From a virus (lineage: Duplodnaviria; Caudoviricetes), in IMG/VR virus record IMGVR_UViG_3300015214_000029, positions 1-64,000 of that record: a stretch of DNA of 64,000 bases; one strand, written 5' to 3'. The translations under genes were made by a program, and so were the position numbers. The notes beneath the pieces were generated by a model. That model was not told where the DNA came from. It worked only from the letters and a program-made list of their open reading frames with translations, and did no database searches. This document shows, piece by piece, positions 45,275 to 54,084 of the stretch (its first letter is position 1; the number at the start of each line of letters is the position of its first letter).

Positions 45275-47063
45275 CCTTTGACCACCTATGCATTAAGTCG
45301 GTTTCAGCTATCGTCTTGACATCCGGGCAGATTTCTTGTCCGGCCTGCTCCATTGCTGCCGTTACCTGGTAAGCGGCAAAGTCCTCGATCTCCCGGTTGG
45401 TGCGCACCACTAGCTCGTCGTGGATCTGGAGCGCGATTGCCGCGTCTGGCTGGTCGGGCTCGATCCACTGCTCGTAGAGCAGCACCATTGCATACTTCAT
45501 CATGTCCGCTGCCGTGCCCTGGATGGGCATGTTGCGGGCTTCCCTGCCGATCTTCCAGTCTTCCATCTGGGTCCGGTTGGGCCACCAGCGACGCCTGCCC
45601 CAGCGAGTGCTGGCGTATCCGTAGCGCATGACCTTCGGCCCCTGCTGGTCGCCCCAGGCGAACATGCCGGGGAAGGTCTGGCGCAGGTTATTGTAGAACT
45701 CCCGGGCCTGCGCCTCGGATACATTCAACACCTGCCGCAGTTTGTTGACCCCACCCCCGTAACCCGCCGCCAGAACCCCTTGCTTGAACATCTGTCGCTC
45801 GGCTTTGGTAATCTTCCGCCCCAGAGTCAACTCCCCGAAAGCGATATACACATCCTCTTCATTACAGGCACGGATCAGGTTCGGGTCCCCGCAGATCTGT
45901 GCCATGACGCGCGGTTCCTGCTGCGCGTAGTCAGAGACCGTGAAGATGTACTGTTCCTCAGCCAGTGTTGGCCCGGGCTTTGACTGGGGCAGGAACAAAC
46001 GCCGGATGTCGGGCTCACCCTCGACCGGGCGGGCTCTCACATTCTGTAGGTTTGGGTCCTTGCAGCTATAGCGTCCAGTACCCGGCCCGTTCTGGTTCCA
46101 GTCCGGGTGTATCCGGCCTGTGACCGGGTTGATGTGGCTGGGGTAGTCCAGTTTCCACATCGTATTCCAGTTCGCCCAGTCCAGGTAGTCCCGCAGGAAG
46201 ATCACACGCGGGTCTTCGTCCGGGCTGCGCAGCGTGCTTTCCAGATGATCCAGGACAGCCTCAAGCTCGGGAGCCTGGGTCGTCTCTACCTGGATGCCAA
46301 ACGTCTCCAGCAACCACTGGCGCTGTGCCGTGCTGTTCAGGTTGACGATGGGCGTTGCCTCGTCCCCGAAGAGCGTGGTTTGCAGGGGCACGTTCAGGTA
46401 CTTTGCCATGTGTGCCACTCGCTGGCGCAGGGTTCGCTCGATGACCTGGGTGTACTCGTCCCACAGGTTCAGGTCAAAGCCCACCCCCTCTAAATACATG
46501 TGGGTCGTGACTCGCACCAGCCGGTTCTCGATGCCAACGATGCGCCCGATGCCCTGGTTGCTGATGTCTTCCATCTGCTGGCGGCGGATCTCAGGCAGGT
46601 AGAGTACGTCCTTCTCCATGTACTCAAGCTGCCGGGCGGTGAAGTCGCCGCTGTGCTCGAAGAACGACAGCCGCACTGCCTCATCCTTGTTGACTCCCAG
46701 CCGCCGCAGCAAGACGTTTGCCAGGGCATTGCTGCGCGTCCGGTCTCCGGCGTACAGCAGTCGCTCCACGACCAGGGTATCCCACACATTAGTGGTGATT
46801 ATCCCCAACTTGTGGTTGAGGAAAGCCAGGTCAAAGCGGGCGTTGTGCGCGATCTTCGTCTGCTTCGGGTTGGTCAGGATGGGGACCAGTTGTTCGAAGT
46901 GATCCCGCAGCACGAACGCCTGCTCCCCATCCGACACCTGTACCGACAGCATCCGGTCCTGCCAGGGGTTGGCGGTTTTCTTTTTGTTTGTGACGGTGGT
47001 CTCGATGTCGATCCCGAGCACCGGAACCCCGTATATGTATTCAGGTAGCCTATCGACCAGCAT
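45228..47063 (-). CDS. polA: DNA polymerase family A with 3'-5' exonuclease
   Basis: Exo 'GIDIET', 'HNARFD', 'YMEKDV'; motif A 'SDYAQQEPR', B 'RQMFK...YG', C 'IHDEL'. Confidence 0.95.
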   Translation of the reverse strand: MLVDRLPEYIYGVPVLGIDIETTVTNKKKTANPWQDRMLSVQVSDGEQAFVLRDHFEQLVPILTNPKQTKIAHNARFDLAFLNHKLGIITTNVWDTLVVERLLYAGDRTRSNALANVLLRRLGVNKDEAVRLSFFEHSGDFTARQLEYMEKDVLYLPEIRRQQMEDISNQGIGRIVGIENRLVRVTTHMYLEGVGFDLNLWDEYTQVIERTLRQRVAHMAKYLNVPLQTTLFGDEATPIVNLNSTAQRQWLLETFGIQVETTQAPELEAVLDHLESTLRSPDEDPRVIFLRDYLDWANWNTMWKLDYPSHINPVTGRIHPDWNQNGPGTGRYSCKDPNLQNVRARPVEGEPDIRRLFLPQSKPGPTLAEEQYIFTVSDYAQQEPRVMAQICGDPNLIRACNEEDVYIAFGELTLGRKITKAERQMFKQGVLAAGYGGGVNKLRQVLNVSEAQAREFYNNLRQTFPGMFAWGDQQGPKVMRYGYASTRWGRRRWWPNRTQMEDWKIGREARNMPIQGTAADMMKYAMVLLYEQWIEPDQPDAAIALQIHDELVVRTNREIEDFAAYQVTAAMEQAGQEICPDVKTIAETDLMHRWSKDENYRRDRVAAALAG

Positions 47064-47075
47064 GTTACCGCTCCC

Positions 47076-48665
47076 CTAGAACAGTGTGGACTGCGTCTGC
47101 TCTTCTGGACTGGGCTTGCTCAGAACTCGCTCGGCCCGCCGCTCCAGCACCGGGTCCAGCTTCCCACCTACCTTTGAGACGAACTGCTCCAAGTGTGAAA
47201 ATACCTGCCGCCTGCCGGTGTACATGTCCTCACCCAGCAGCGGAGTATAGATCCGGTTGTACTGGGGCTCCCAGCCAATGCGCACATTGACCCCCGGGAC
47301 TCCGCCCCGGTACTTCTGCACCAGCAACCAGACGTGCCCGGCGTCCATGCCCTCGGGTACCTCGAAGTCGATGCCCACCTGCGCCATGTAGATGGGATTC
47401 CAGACTTCAGCCATGATGTCCGAGGCGTGCCGTAGCGATTGGCTGTAGCGGGTGCCCCCTACCCCGGCGATCTTGAACCGGTTGCTGCCGGTCTCCCCGC
47501 CGAAGGATGACTGGCTGATGACGATGATCGACGCCCCGAGCATACGGCTGAGCGCCTGGTAGTTGTGGATCAGCCGGTCCAGCCACTCTTCTTTGGACAT
47601 GCCGGGCAGTCGCTTGTCCCCGTGCAGTTCCATGTAGTCGGCGGACATCTGCCATACCGGGCCTTTGTCCCCGGTATGCATGGAGTCCAGCCGGTACTCA
47701 ATGGCACTGGTCTCCGCCAGGTTGGTGTCATCTACGTACAGGGGCAGCACCCCCAGCCGCTCCACCCAATCCTTGAACCGGATGTACTCGGGTGAATTTT
47801 TGAACGTGTCCGGCTTGCGGCGCAGCCGGGTGGTGTCGAACCCCGAGAGCATTGCCGCTGAGCGGAACAGCAGGTCTACGTCCTGCATCTCCATCGAGTT
47901 GATGGCTACGCAGCCCTGTATCCCATTGACATACAGCCCCATTGCCGTGCCCAGGTTGACGGCATGAACCAGGCCCGACTTGAAGGACCCCGCCATGCCG
48001 TGAATGGTGGTCAGCGTGCGAACCGGGAACAACCCCGCTTCCAGGAAAGGCTCAAACCCACAGGGCAGCAGAGAGAGTTGCTTACCACTCTCAATGTCTC
48101 CCAGCCGGGCCAGGGCATCCTCAGCCACGAAGCTGAGGTGTTTGTAGCCCGCCTCGTCTGTGCGTAAAAACTCCCGTAGATCCCGCACATACCCGTTCAT
48201 CCACTCGACCGGGTCCCCGATCTCCCCAATTGCCTTCTCGAAGGAGTCGGGATCGTCCAACACCCGGCCCATCACCCGGCTGCGCAGTGCCGTCCGGTAG
48301 AGGATGCCAACCCGGTCTACCTGCTGGACGTGGTAGCGGTAGCCCTGGTAGTCGAACTCGGTGATGCCCCAATACTGGGGCATCTTGTCCACCAGAGTCT
48401 TAACGTACCGGCGCAGTTCGGTCTTGACGGTGGGCGGCAGGGAGTCCACCACGTTCGCCACCGTGATGCCCTTGCGGTCCATGAAGCAGATCTGGATCGC
48501 CTGCCAGATAGCGGCGTGGTCCTGGTGCCCGGTGTCATAACGCCCCTCGGCATCATAGATGAATTTGTCATGGGTCAGTTCACCCAGTGCCTCACGAGTT
48601 TGATCGGGAAACAACAGGGTATAGCCCAGGACGATCTGCTCGCGCTCGTAAGGTGAGATCTGCAT
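47076..48665 (-). CDS. dnaB: DnaB-like replicative helicase
   Basis: Walker A 'GMAGSFKS', 'SMEM', Walker B 'ADYMEL', 'IVISQ', 'KYRGG'. Confidence 0.8.
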   Translation of the reverse strand: MQISPYEREQIVLGYTLLFPDQTREALGELTHDKFIYDAEGRYDTGHQDHAAIWQAIQICFMDRKGITVANVVDSLPPTVKTELRRYVKTLVDKMPQYWGITEFDYQGYRYHVQQVDRVGILYRTALRSRVMGRVLDDPDSFEKAIGEIGDPVEWMNGYVRDLREFLRTDEAGYKHLSFVAEDALARLGDIESGKQLSLLPCGFEPFLEAGLFPVRTLTTIHGMAGSFKSGLVHAVNLGTAMGLYVNGIQGCVAINSMEMQDVDLLFRSAAMLSGFDTTRLRRKPDTFKNSPEYIRFKDWVERLGVLPLYVDDTNLAETSAIEYRLDSMHTGDKGPVWQMSADYMELHGDKRLPGMSKEEWLDRLIHNYQALSRMLGASIIVISQSSFGGETGSNRFKIAGVGGTRYSQSLRHASDIMAEVWNPIYMAQVGIDFEVPEGMDAGHVWLLVQKYRGGVPGVNVRIGWEPQYNRIYTPLLGEDMYTGRRQVFSHLEQFVSKVGGKLDPVLERRAERVLSKPSPEEQTQSTLF

Positions 48666-48666
48666 G

Positions 48667-48957
48667 TTACTTAAACCAATCCATGTCAACATGGTTGACG
48701 TACAGCTTGCCGCTGGGCATCCGCTCGTTGCGGATCACCTCCAAACCCAGCAGGGTATCCGGCAGGTCCTCGATCCCGTGCGGGTTGACCAACAGGTGAG
48801 TCGGCTTGCGGTAGTACCGCTTCTCAAACTGGCGGATGGCTCGCCGGGTCTCATCGGTGATGATCTCCAGGCTCGACCCCCGCTGACTGAAGCTGCGAAC
48901 GATCCCGCTGAACTTGAGATCCTGGGTGCCCACTGCCGGGCGTCGCTTTAGGTCCAT
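48667..48957 (-). CDS. Hypothetical protein, paralog of 34417-34629
   Basis: Shared RA..F/Y..KY..P...VHP/VNP..GLE pattern; start codon abuts the IS left end. Confidence 0.55.
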   Translation of the reverse strand: MDLKRRPAVGTQDLKFSGIVRSFSQRGSSLEIITDETRRAIRQFEKRYYRKPTHLLVNPHGIEDLPDTLLGLEVIRNERMPSGKLYVNHVDMDWFK

Positions 48958-50319
48958 AGAATTTGCGGCAGGGTACTCCCCGTTTTAACGGGGAGGGGAA
49001 TGCCGCCTTCCTCCTTTTGCGCTCCTCAGAAATGTGGTATAATTCGTTTGTCTAGGAACGGTACCCGTGAGCGGATTTTTGCTTTATGGCCCCCAAAGGC
49101 ACGGGTGTTCCTAGACACAACACCGCAGGCCTGCGGGGGTCGCCGCTTTTTGAGGGTACGATGATCCGCACCTACAAGCACCGGCTGTACCCGACGCCCG
49201 ATCAGGAAGTCGTGATGCACGACATCCTGTGGGCGGGCTGTTGGCTGTACAACCGGGCGCTCGACTACCGCCGCCGTCGCTGGTACGAGAGCCGCCACAG
49301 CGTCAGCTACTACGAGCAGGCGGGCATGTGGCGCGACTGGCGCAACGAGCAGCCAGACGATAACCCGCTGCGCGTCCTCAACATGAGCGCCGGTCAGCAA
49401 GTTCTGCGCCGCCTCGACAACACCTACCGCGAGTTCTTCAAGGGCAAGCGGGGCAGGCCCCGCTTCAAGCGCCACGACCGCTTCAACAGCGTCAACTTCA
49501 AGCCGGGCGACGGGGCCGCCCTCAAGGGCCGCAAGCTGTACCTGCAAAACGTTGGCCTCGTCACTGTGCGCTGGCACCGCAGCCTGCCCGACGAAGCGAA
49601 GCTCAAGAACATCATCCTGCTGCGCAAGCCGTCCGGCTGGTACGTGCTGCTGCAAGTTGATCTGCCTGATGTCGAGCCGGAGCCAAGCGACAAGCCCGCC
49701 ATTGGGATCGATGTGGGTATTCACCACGCTCTCGCTCTTTCCGATGGCACGATCATCGACAGCCCCAAGTACCTTGAGCAGTCGCTCAAGAAGCTCCGCC
49801 GTCTCCAGCGCCGGGTCGCCCGTCGCAAGAAGGGCAGCAAGGGCTGGTGGCGGGCTGTGCATCAAGTCGCCAAACAGCATGAGCACATCGCCAACCAGCG
49901 CCGGGATTGGTGGCACAAAGTCACGACGTGGCTTGTGCAGAATTACGGCACTATCGCGCTTGAGGACTTGAACCTCAGCTTCCTGCTTCGCAACGGCAGT
50001 CTCGCACGCCACGCCCATGACGTGGGGTTGGGCATCTTCTACAAGCTTCTCGACTACAAGGCTATGGAGGCCGGAGTCGAGATCGTGAAGGTGAACCCCG
50101 CTTACACGTCGCAGGTGTGCAGCGAGTGCGGCTGTATTGTCGAGAAGAAGCTGAGTGAGCGCGAACACTGTTGTCCTCACTGCGGGTTTACAGCCGACAG
50201 GGATGTAAACGCCGCTCTGAACATTTTGTGGGCCGGGACGCGGCCCCCAGACGCTAACGTGAGCCACGAGGCTGTGCGTAGTCTGGGAAGCTCCCCCTTT
50301 TAAGGGGGAGAGCCGTCAC
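48958..50319 (+). mobile_element. IS200/IS605-family element (IS1341-type, tnpB only), element C
   Basis: Target CCAT; left end AGAATT..GGTA-CTCCCCG-tttt-aaCGGGGAG; right end GAAG-CTCCCCC-ttttaa-GGGGGAG-AGCCGTCAC; TGTGGTATAAT promoter box. Confidence 0.9.
49161..50303 (+). CDS. tnpB: TnpB RNA-guided endonuclease
   Basis: 'YKHRLYPT', RuvC 'GIDVG', 'ALEDL', 'DRDVNAALNI', CSEC..CPHC; alternative start at 49086. Confidence 0.95.
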   Translation: MIRTYKHRLYPTPDQEVVMHDILWAGCWLYNRALDYRRRRWYESRHSVSYYEQAGMWRDWRNEQPDDNPLRVLNMSAGQQVLRRLDNTYREFFKGKRGRPRFKRHDRFNSVNFKPGDGAALKGRKLYLQNVGLVTVRWHRSLPDEAKLKNIILLRKPSGWYVLLQVDLPDVEPEPSDKPAIGIDVGIHHALALSDGTIIDSPKYLEQSLKKLRRLQRRVARRKKGSKGWWRAVHQVAKQHEHIANQRRDWWHKVTTWLVQNYGTIALEDLNLSFLLRNGSLARHAHDVGLGIFYKLLDYKAMEAGVEIVKVNPAYTSQVCSECGCIVEKKLSEREHCCPHCGFTADRDVNAALNILWAGTRPPDANVSHEAVRSLGSSPF

Positions 50320-51686
50320 CAGAAACCCCCGAGTTTGGCTGAGGCTTTATCCCCCCAGCGTTTGAGGACCCCCGCCAACTGGCGGAAGTCGGTGACCTGG
50401 TACAGGTCATCACCCATCAGCAGCCACTCCTTCGGCGTGAAGGTCGGGTGTGGGGCCTGCAAGCAGAGCATCTGAAGGGTGTGGGATACCCGGGCGCGGA
50501 TTGCACTCGGGTCGTCATCCTGGAAGGTGGCCCGGGCTGCTTCCGCCACTATCTGCATAATTTTGTATGCACTTTCCGGGTCCCCCTGCGCCACCGACTC
50601 CAGCATCAGCCGACAGTTCGTCACCTGACCGGCGTCCAGCAGGTACAGGAACCCCTTATCATCTCTCAGCACCATCTTGACGAACTCCCTCGGGGTACCC
50701 CCCGCTCGTCTAAAGTCCGTATAATCCTTCCCCGCCATCTCCCGGGGGAAGTAGCGCACCTCACCGCCCAGTAGTTCCGCCAACGCTTGCGCGTGGACGT
50801 GCTCGCTCGGGGTACTGTCCGGCACGATCACAACGCGCCGGGTCCCGGCCAGCCGCCTGCGCAGGTCCATTGACTCCACCCGGTCCGGGTTGCCGAAAAC
50901 CGAAGCCCCGTTGGGCGAGAATGCAGGCAGTCCATCCTGCTCCGCCAGTAATTGATCGAATGTCCCAATCAACCCGATCATGTAATCCGGATTGACCAGG
51001 TGTGAGCCGACGATGAACGGACGGTTGTGCCCAGCGTGCCCCACGTAGTGCCAGTTGGGTCCCGCTATAGGCGGGGACTCTGGCGTGCTCCGGTATTGTA
51101 GGGTCACCACCTCACTGTGGCGGGGAACCCCATCCCAGAAAGGTACAACATAGGCTTTATAGTCCGGTCGCCAGCCCAGCAGGTTCCGATCAATCGTCTC
51201 ATCCGTCAGCAGGCGGGCCTCATACAGCCAGGTTCGGCGGTCCGGGGTCAATTCCCGGTGCCAGTAGTCGATCCACTTGCGGGGCACCGGCCCCTTGTAG
51301 TCCGCTGACGTGCGGCGACTGGCGTAAGCGACGGTCTCCAGAGCCGGAAAGCTGCCGAGGTGATCGGTGATGAACTGGACGGCATCAGGAAACGTGCAGC
51401 CTTCCATCTTCATCACATAATCAAACATATCAAACGCCTTGCGACAGGTAAAACAATACGCCCCATCCGCATAGATGTGCAGATTGGGCGTTCGTTTATC
51501 GTTGTGCCACAGGCAGTGAACCTTGCCCCCCTTCTCGATGGAAGTGTAGAGGCTGACCACCTGGGGCATCGACACCGTCTCACGCAGATAATCTAACTGC
51601 GAGCGTTCGATGTGTTGAAACTCACCCTCGGTCGGCGGCTGGTAGTTCTGGAGTTCTGGGTCATGGATGTCGAAGACATTGGACAT
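50316..51686 (-). CDS. DNA primase (CHC2 zinc finger + TOPRIM-like)
   Basis: 'CLWHND', 'YCFTC', 'VVIVPD', 'GKDYTD'; last W-stop completed by the IS end. Confidence 0.75.
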   Translation of the reverse strand: MSNVFDIHDPELQNYQPPTEGEFQHIERSQLDYLRETVSMPQVVSLYTSIEKGGKVHCLWHNDKRTPNLHIYADGAYCFTCRKAFDMFDYVMKMEGCTFPDAVQFITDHLGSFPALETVAYASRRTSADYKGPVPRKWIDYWHRELTPDRRTWLYEARLLTDETIDRNLLGWRPDYKAYVVPFWDGVPRHSEVVTLQYRSTPESPPIAGPNWHYVGHAGHNRPFIVGSHLVNPDYMIGLIGTFDQLLAEQDGLPAFSPNGASVFGNPDRVESMDLRRRLAGTRRVVIVPDSTPSEHVHAQALAELLGGEVRYFPREMAGKDYTDFRRAGGTPREFVKMVLRDDKGFLYLLDAGQVTNCRLMLESVAQGDPESAYKIMQIVAEAARATFQDDDPSAIRARVSHTLQMLCLQAPHPTFTPKEWLLMGDDLYQVTDFRQLAGVLKRWGDKASAKLGGFW

Positions 51687-51700
51687 GGTCTCTCCCTATC

Positions 51701-52054
51701 TCATGAACGCCTCTCTTCCAAGAGCTTGCCGACGAGCTTGAACGAGAACGGGTACTCGGACACCTGGAGCGCCATGCGAATCCCACGCTCTACCTCACCC
51801 GCCCCGTACTTCTGCTTGAGCAGATTACAGTGACGCAGCAGGATAGGCCGGGACAACTGCTCTTCTATGGTCTCCCCGTACCGCTGCCTCTGTTGGCCCA
51901 GCATAAAGTCCACCAGCGTCGTCGTCTTCTCCCCCAGCTTGGGCTCGAAGTGTGACCCGAACGGGTCACCCCTCAGGATAGGATGTATGGCATCCACCTC
52001 GGGGTGACCCGCCCACTGGTTGCCTAGATGCGGGCGCTGCTTACGCCTCAGCAT
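51701..52054 (-). CDS. Hypothetical protein
   Basis: 117-aa ORF within the replication operon. Confidence 0.5.
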   Translation of the reverse strand: MLRRKQRPHLGNQWAGHPEVDAIHPILRGDPFGSHFEPKLGEKTTTLVDFMLGQQRQRYGETIEEQLSRPILLRHCNLLKQKYGAGEVERGIRMALQVSEYPFSFKLVGKLLEERRS

Positions 52055-52057
52055 AGA

Positions 52058-53335
52058 CTAGAACCCCAGGTTCGCTTCCTCGTGCCCATCCTTCAGCACC
52101 GTGTAGAGACGGTGTGCATCGGCTGGAGACAGCGAGCCAATCTGCCGCTTGCCGCCGACCTTCGGCAGTTCCAGCAGGTCCCAGGTCTCGACCAGGTTTT
52201 CCTTCGCCCACTTAACCCCCTCGGGGGTGAGTTCCAGATTCAGGTCCGCCTGCCCTTCCGGGGTCGGCTCGAAGACTGCCACGTCCGGGGTCAGCGTGTC
52301 CTCGATGAAGATCACGAGGCGCTGAAGTTCCTCGGACTGGGTGCCCTTGTCGCCCTGCACGTCCACCTCATCGTCATCGTCCTCGCCTGCCAGCACGAAC
52401 TTGAGCAGGTCAACCTTCAGACGACCTTCCTTCGTGCGCTCCAGCACGCCCCGGGCCGAGCGGTTCTCGTCCGCGATCCGATGGCGGATCACCTCAAAGG
52501 GGTTCTCTGCCTCGTTGACCCCGAACTTACTCTCGGTCGGATCAGTCTGCCAGATGTAGTCCCCCCACTCCACATCGCCCGGTGCGTGCTTGGCAAAGTG
52601 GAACAGAAGTCGCTGAAGACGAACGGCATGAACCGGAGTCCCGGGCCGGTCATCCGGGAAGCTGATGGGCTTGGGGCGCACAATCCCATCGTCGTCCACC
52701 GTCGTCCCATCGAAGGGCTGGTACAGGGTCTCGTAGATCTGGAACCCATCGAAGGGCGTCGGCTTGCCCCAGGCATCCCCGGTAATCTCATACACGATGC
52801 GAGCCGTCTCCGTATCTCCCCAGCGATTGCTGAACTTGATGGGGTCCTGCCCATCGTGCCCGAAGATCTTGACCACCCGCAGATGGTACTCACCCAGCGG
52901 GGGACCAAATTCCTTTGACCAGTATTTGACGTAAGGCGTGCTCTTCTCGGTGACCACCACCTTGAGTGGGCGGGGCTGGGTGATCTTCTCCAGCACCTTC
53001 TGGACCCGCAGCAGGAACCCGGTGGTCTCTTCTGCCGGAAGCACCTTCGCCGGGTTCGCCCCGAGCGTCGTCACCAACACCACCAGTTCCGGCACCGTCA
53101 GCGTCGCCAGGATCGAGGGCGTCTCTTCCGCCACCTTCAGGCGCAGAAGGGCCTGCATCCGCCCATCCAGCACGGACGGCTTGAAGATCGGGTCACCATT
53201 CTCTTCATCCGTCCACACGAACCCGGCGATCCCGAGTACCGTGTAGTTCCCGGCCTTTGGCTTCTCGAACTCCCCGCCCGAGGTAGGCTGGAGTTCGGTC
53301 AGGCCCTTCTCAGTCGTATCCCAAATGCTTACCAT
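52058..53335 (-). CDS. Hypothetical acidic protein (possible ssDNA-binding/recombination)
   Basis: 'FEKPKAGNY' start resembles gp2.5/DUF669-type SSBs; replication-module context. Confidence 0.45.
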   Translation of the reverse strand: MVSIWDTTEKGLTELQPTSGGEFEKPKAGNYTVLGIAGFVWTDEENGDPIFKPSVLDGRMQALLRLKVAEETPSILATLTVPELVVLVTTLGANPAKVLPAEETTGFLLRVQKVLEKITQPRPLKVVVTEKSTPYVKYWSKEFGPPLGEYHLRVVKIFGHDGQDPIKFSNRWGDTETARIVYEITGDAWGKPTPFDGFQIYETLYQPFDGTTVDDDGIVRPKPISFPDDRPGTPVHAVRLQRLLFHFAKHAPGDVEWGDYIWQTDPTESKFGVNEAENPFEVIRHRIADENRSARGVLERTKEGRLKVDLLKFVLAGEDDDDEVDVQGDKGTQSEELQRLVIFIEDTLTPDVAVFEPTPEGQADLNLELTPEGVKWAKENLVETWDLLELPKVGGKRQIGSLSPADAHRLYTVLKDGHEEANLGF

Positions 53336-53381
53336 GTTTTTTCTCCCTCGCTGCCTCGCGCAGCTATACTAGACTCCGTGC

Positions 53382-53804
53382 TTAAAAGCCCTTGCTCGAC
53401 TGGCGGGTAATACTCTCAATCGCCAGGTTTGCCTCGATCACCCGCTGCTGCAACCTCAGGAACTCTTCAATGTGAATCGTCCCTTCCAGCAGCGGCTCAG
53501 CACTGGCCTCGTGCCCCGGGCGAGGAATGGCAATGACCAGTTCCCGCCCCACCGGGGGCTCCAGGTTAAAGCCTGCCCGGATCTCATCTCGCTTGTCCGG
53601 GCCAGTGCGCAGGTTGACCCCGGTCCAATACTTGGTCAGCGAGATGTAGATGTAACTATCCGTCACCGCTGGCTGCGCGGTCGGCATCTCCATCTCGAAC
53701 CCGAGCGTACCGGGGCTCTCGTCCAGCAGGTTCTCTGACAGGGCTTCCGCTGCCAGAGCTTCCAGGTTGAGTGTGGGGGGCTTCTTAGCCACGTACCACC
53801 TCAC
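53382..53804 (-). CDS. Hypothetical protein
   Basis: 140-aa ORF. Confidence 0.45.
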   Translation of the reverse strand: MRWYVAKKPPTLNLEALAAEALSENLLDESPGTLGFEMEMPTAQPAVTDSYIYISLTKYWTGVNLRTGPDKRDEIRAGFNLEPPVGRELVIAIPRPGHEASAEPLLEGTIHIEEFLRLQQRVIEANLAIESITRQSSKGF

Positions 53805-54084
53805 GACGAAAGACTCGGGTCACCAGGTCCAGCATCCTCGGGTTCTGGAGCGCCCCCACCATCATGGCAACCGCCCGCCTACCCTGCATGGTGCGCTGGT
53901 AGTAGTAGCTGCCCTGGTACCCGGGTTTCGGGTCCCGGTAGTAGGTGCGCATTGCTTCCTTGAGTTCCGGGTCGGGGATGGCATCGAGCACCCCGTTTAG
54001 GAACTCTTGGAACTCTGCATCGGTGCCCGGGAAGCCGGACTCTTCCTGCAACTTCTTATTCCTCTGTGCTAGGCTCCAAGCCAT
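53785..54084 (-). CDS. Hypothetical protein
   Basis: 99-aa ORF with GAGGTGGAG RBS. Confidence 0.55.
   Translation of the reverse strand: MAWSLAQRNKKLQEESGFPGTDAEFQEFLNGVLDAIPDPELKEAMRTYYRDPKPGYQGSYYYQRTMQGRRAVAMMVGALQNPRMLDLVTRVFRREVVRG

Noticed and set aside
35746-50319. IStron (group I intron-IS hybrid) interpretation of the elements
   Set aside because: No room for a group I core between the left end and the ORF, elements are antisense to host genes, and they sit at gene ends where splicing is unnecessary
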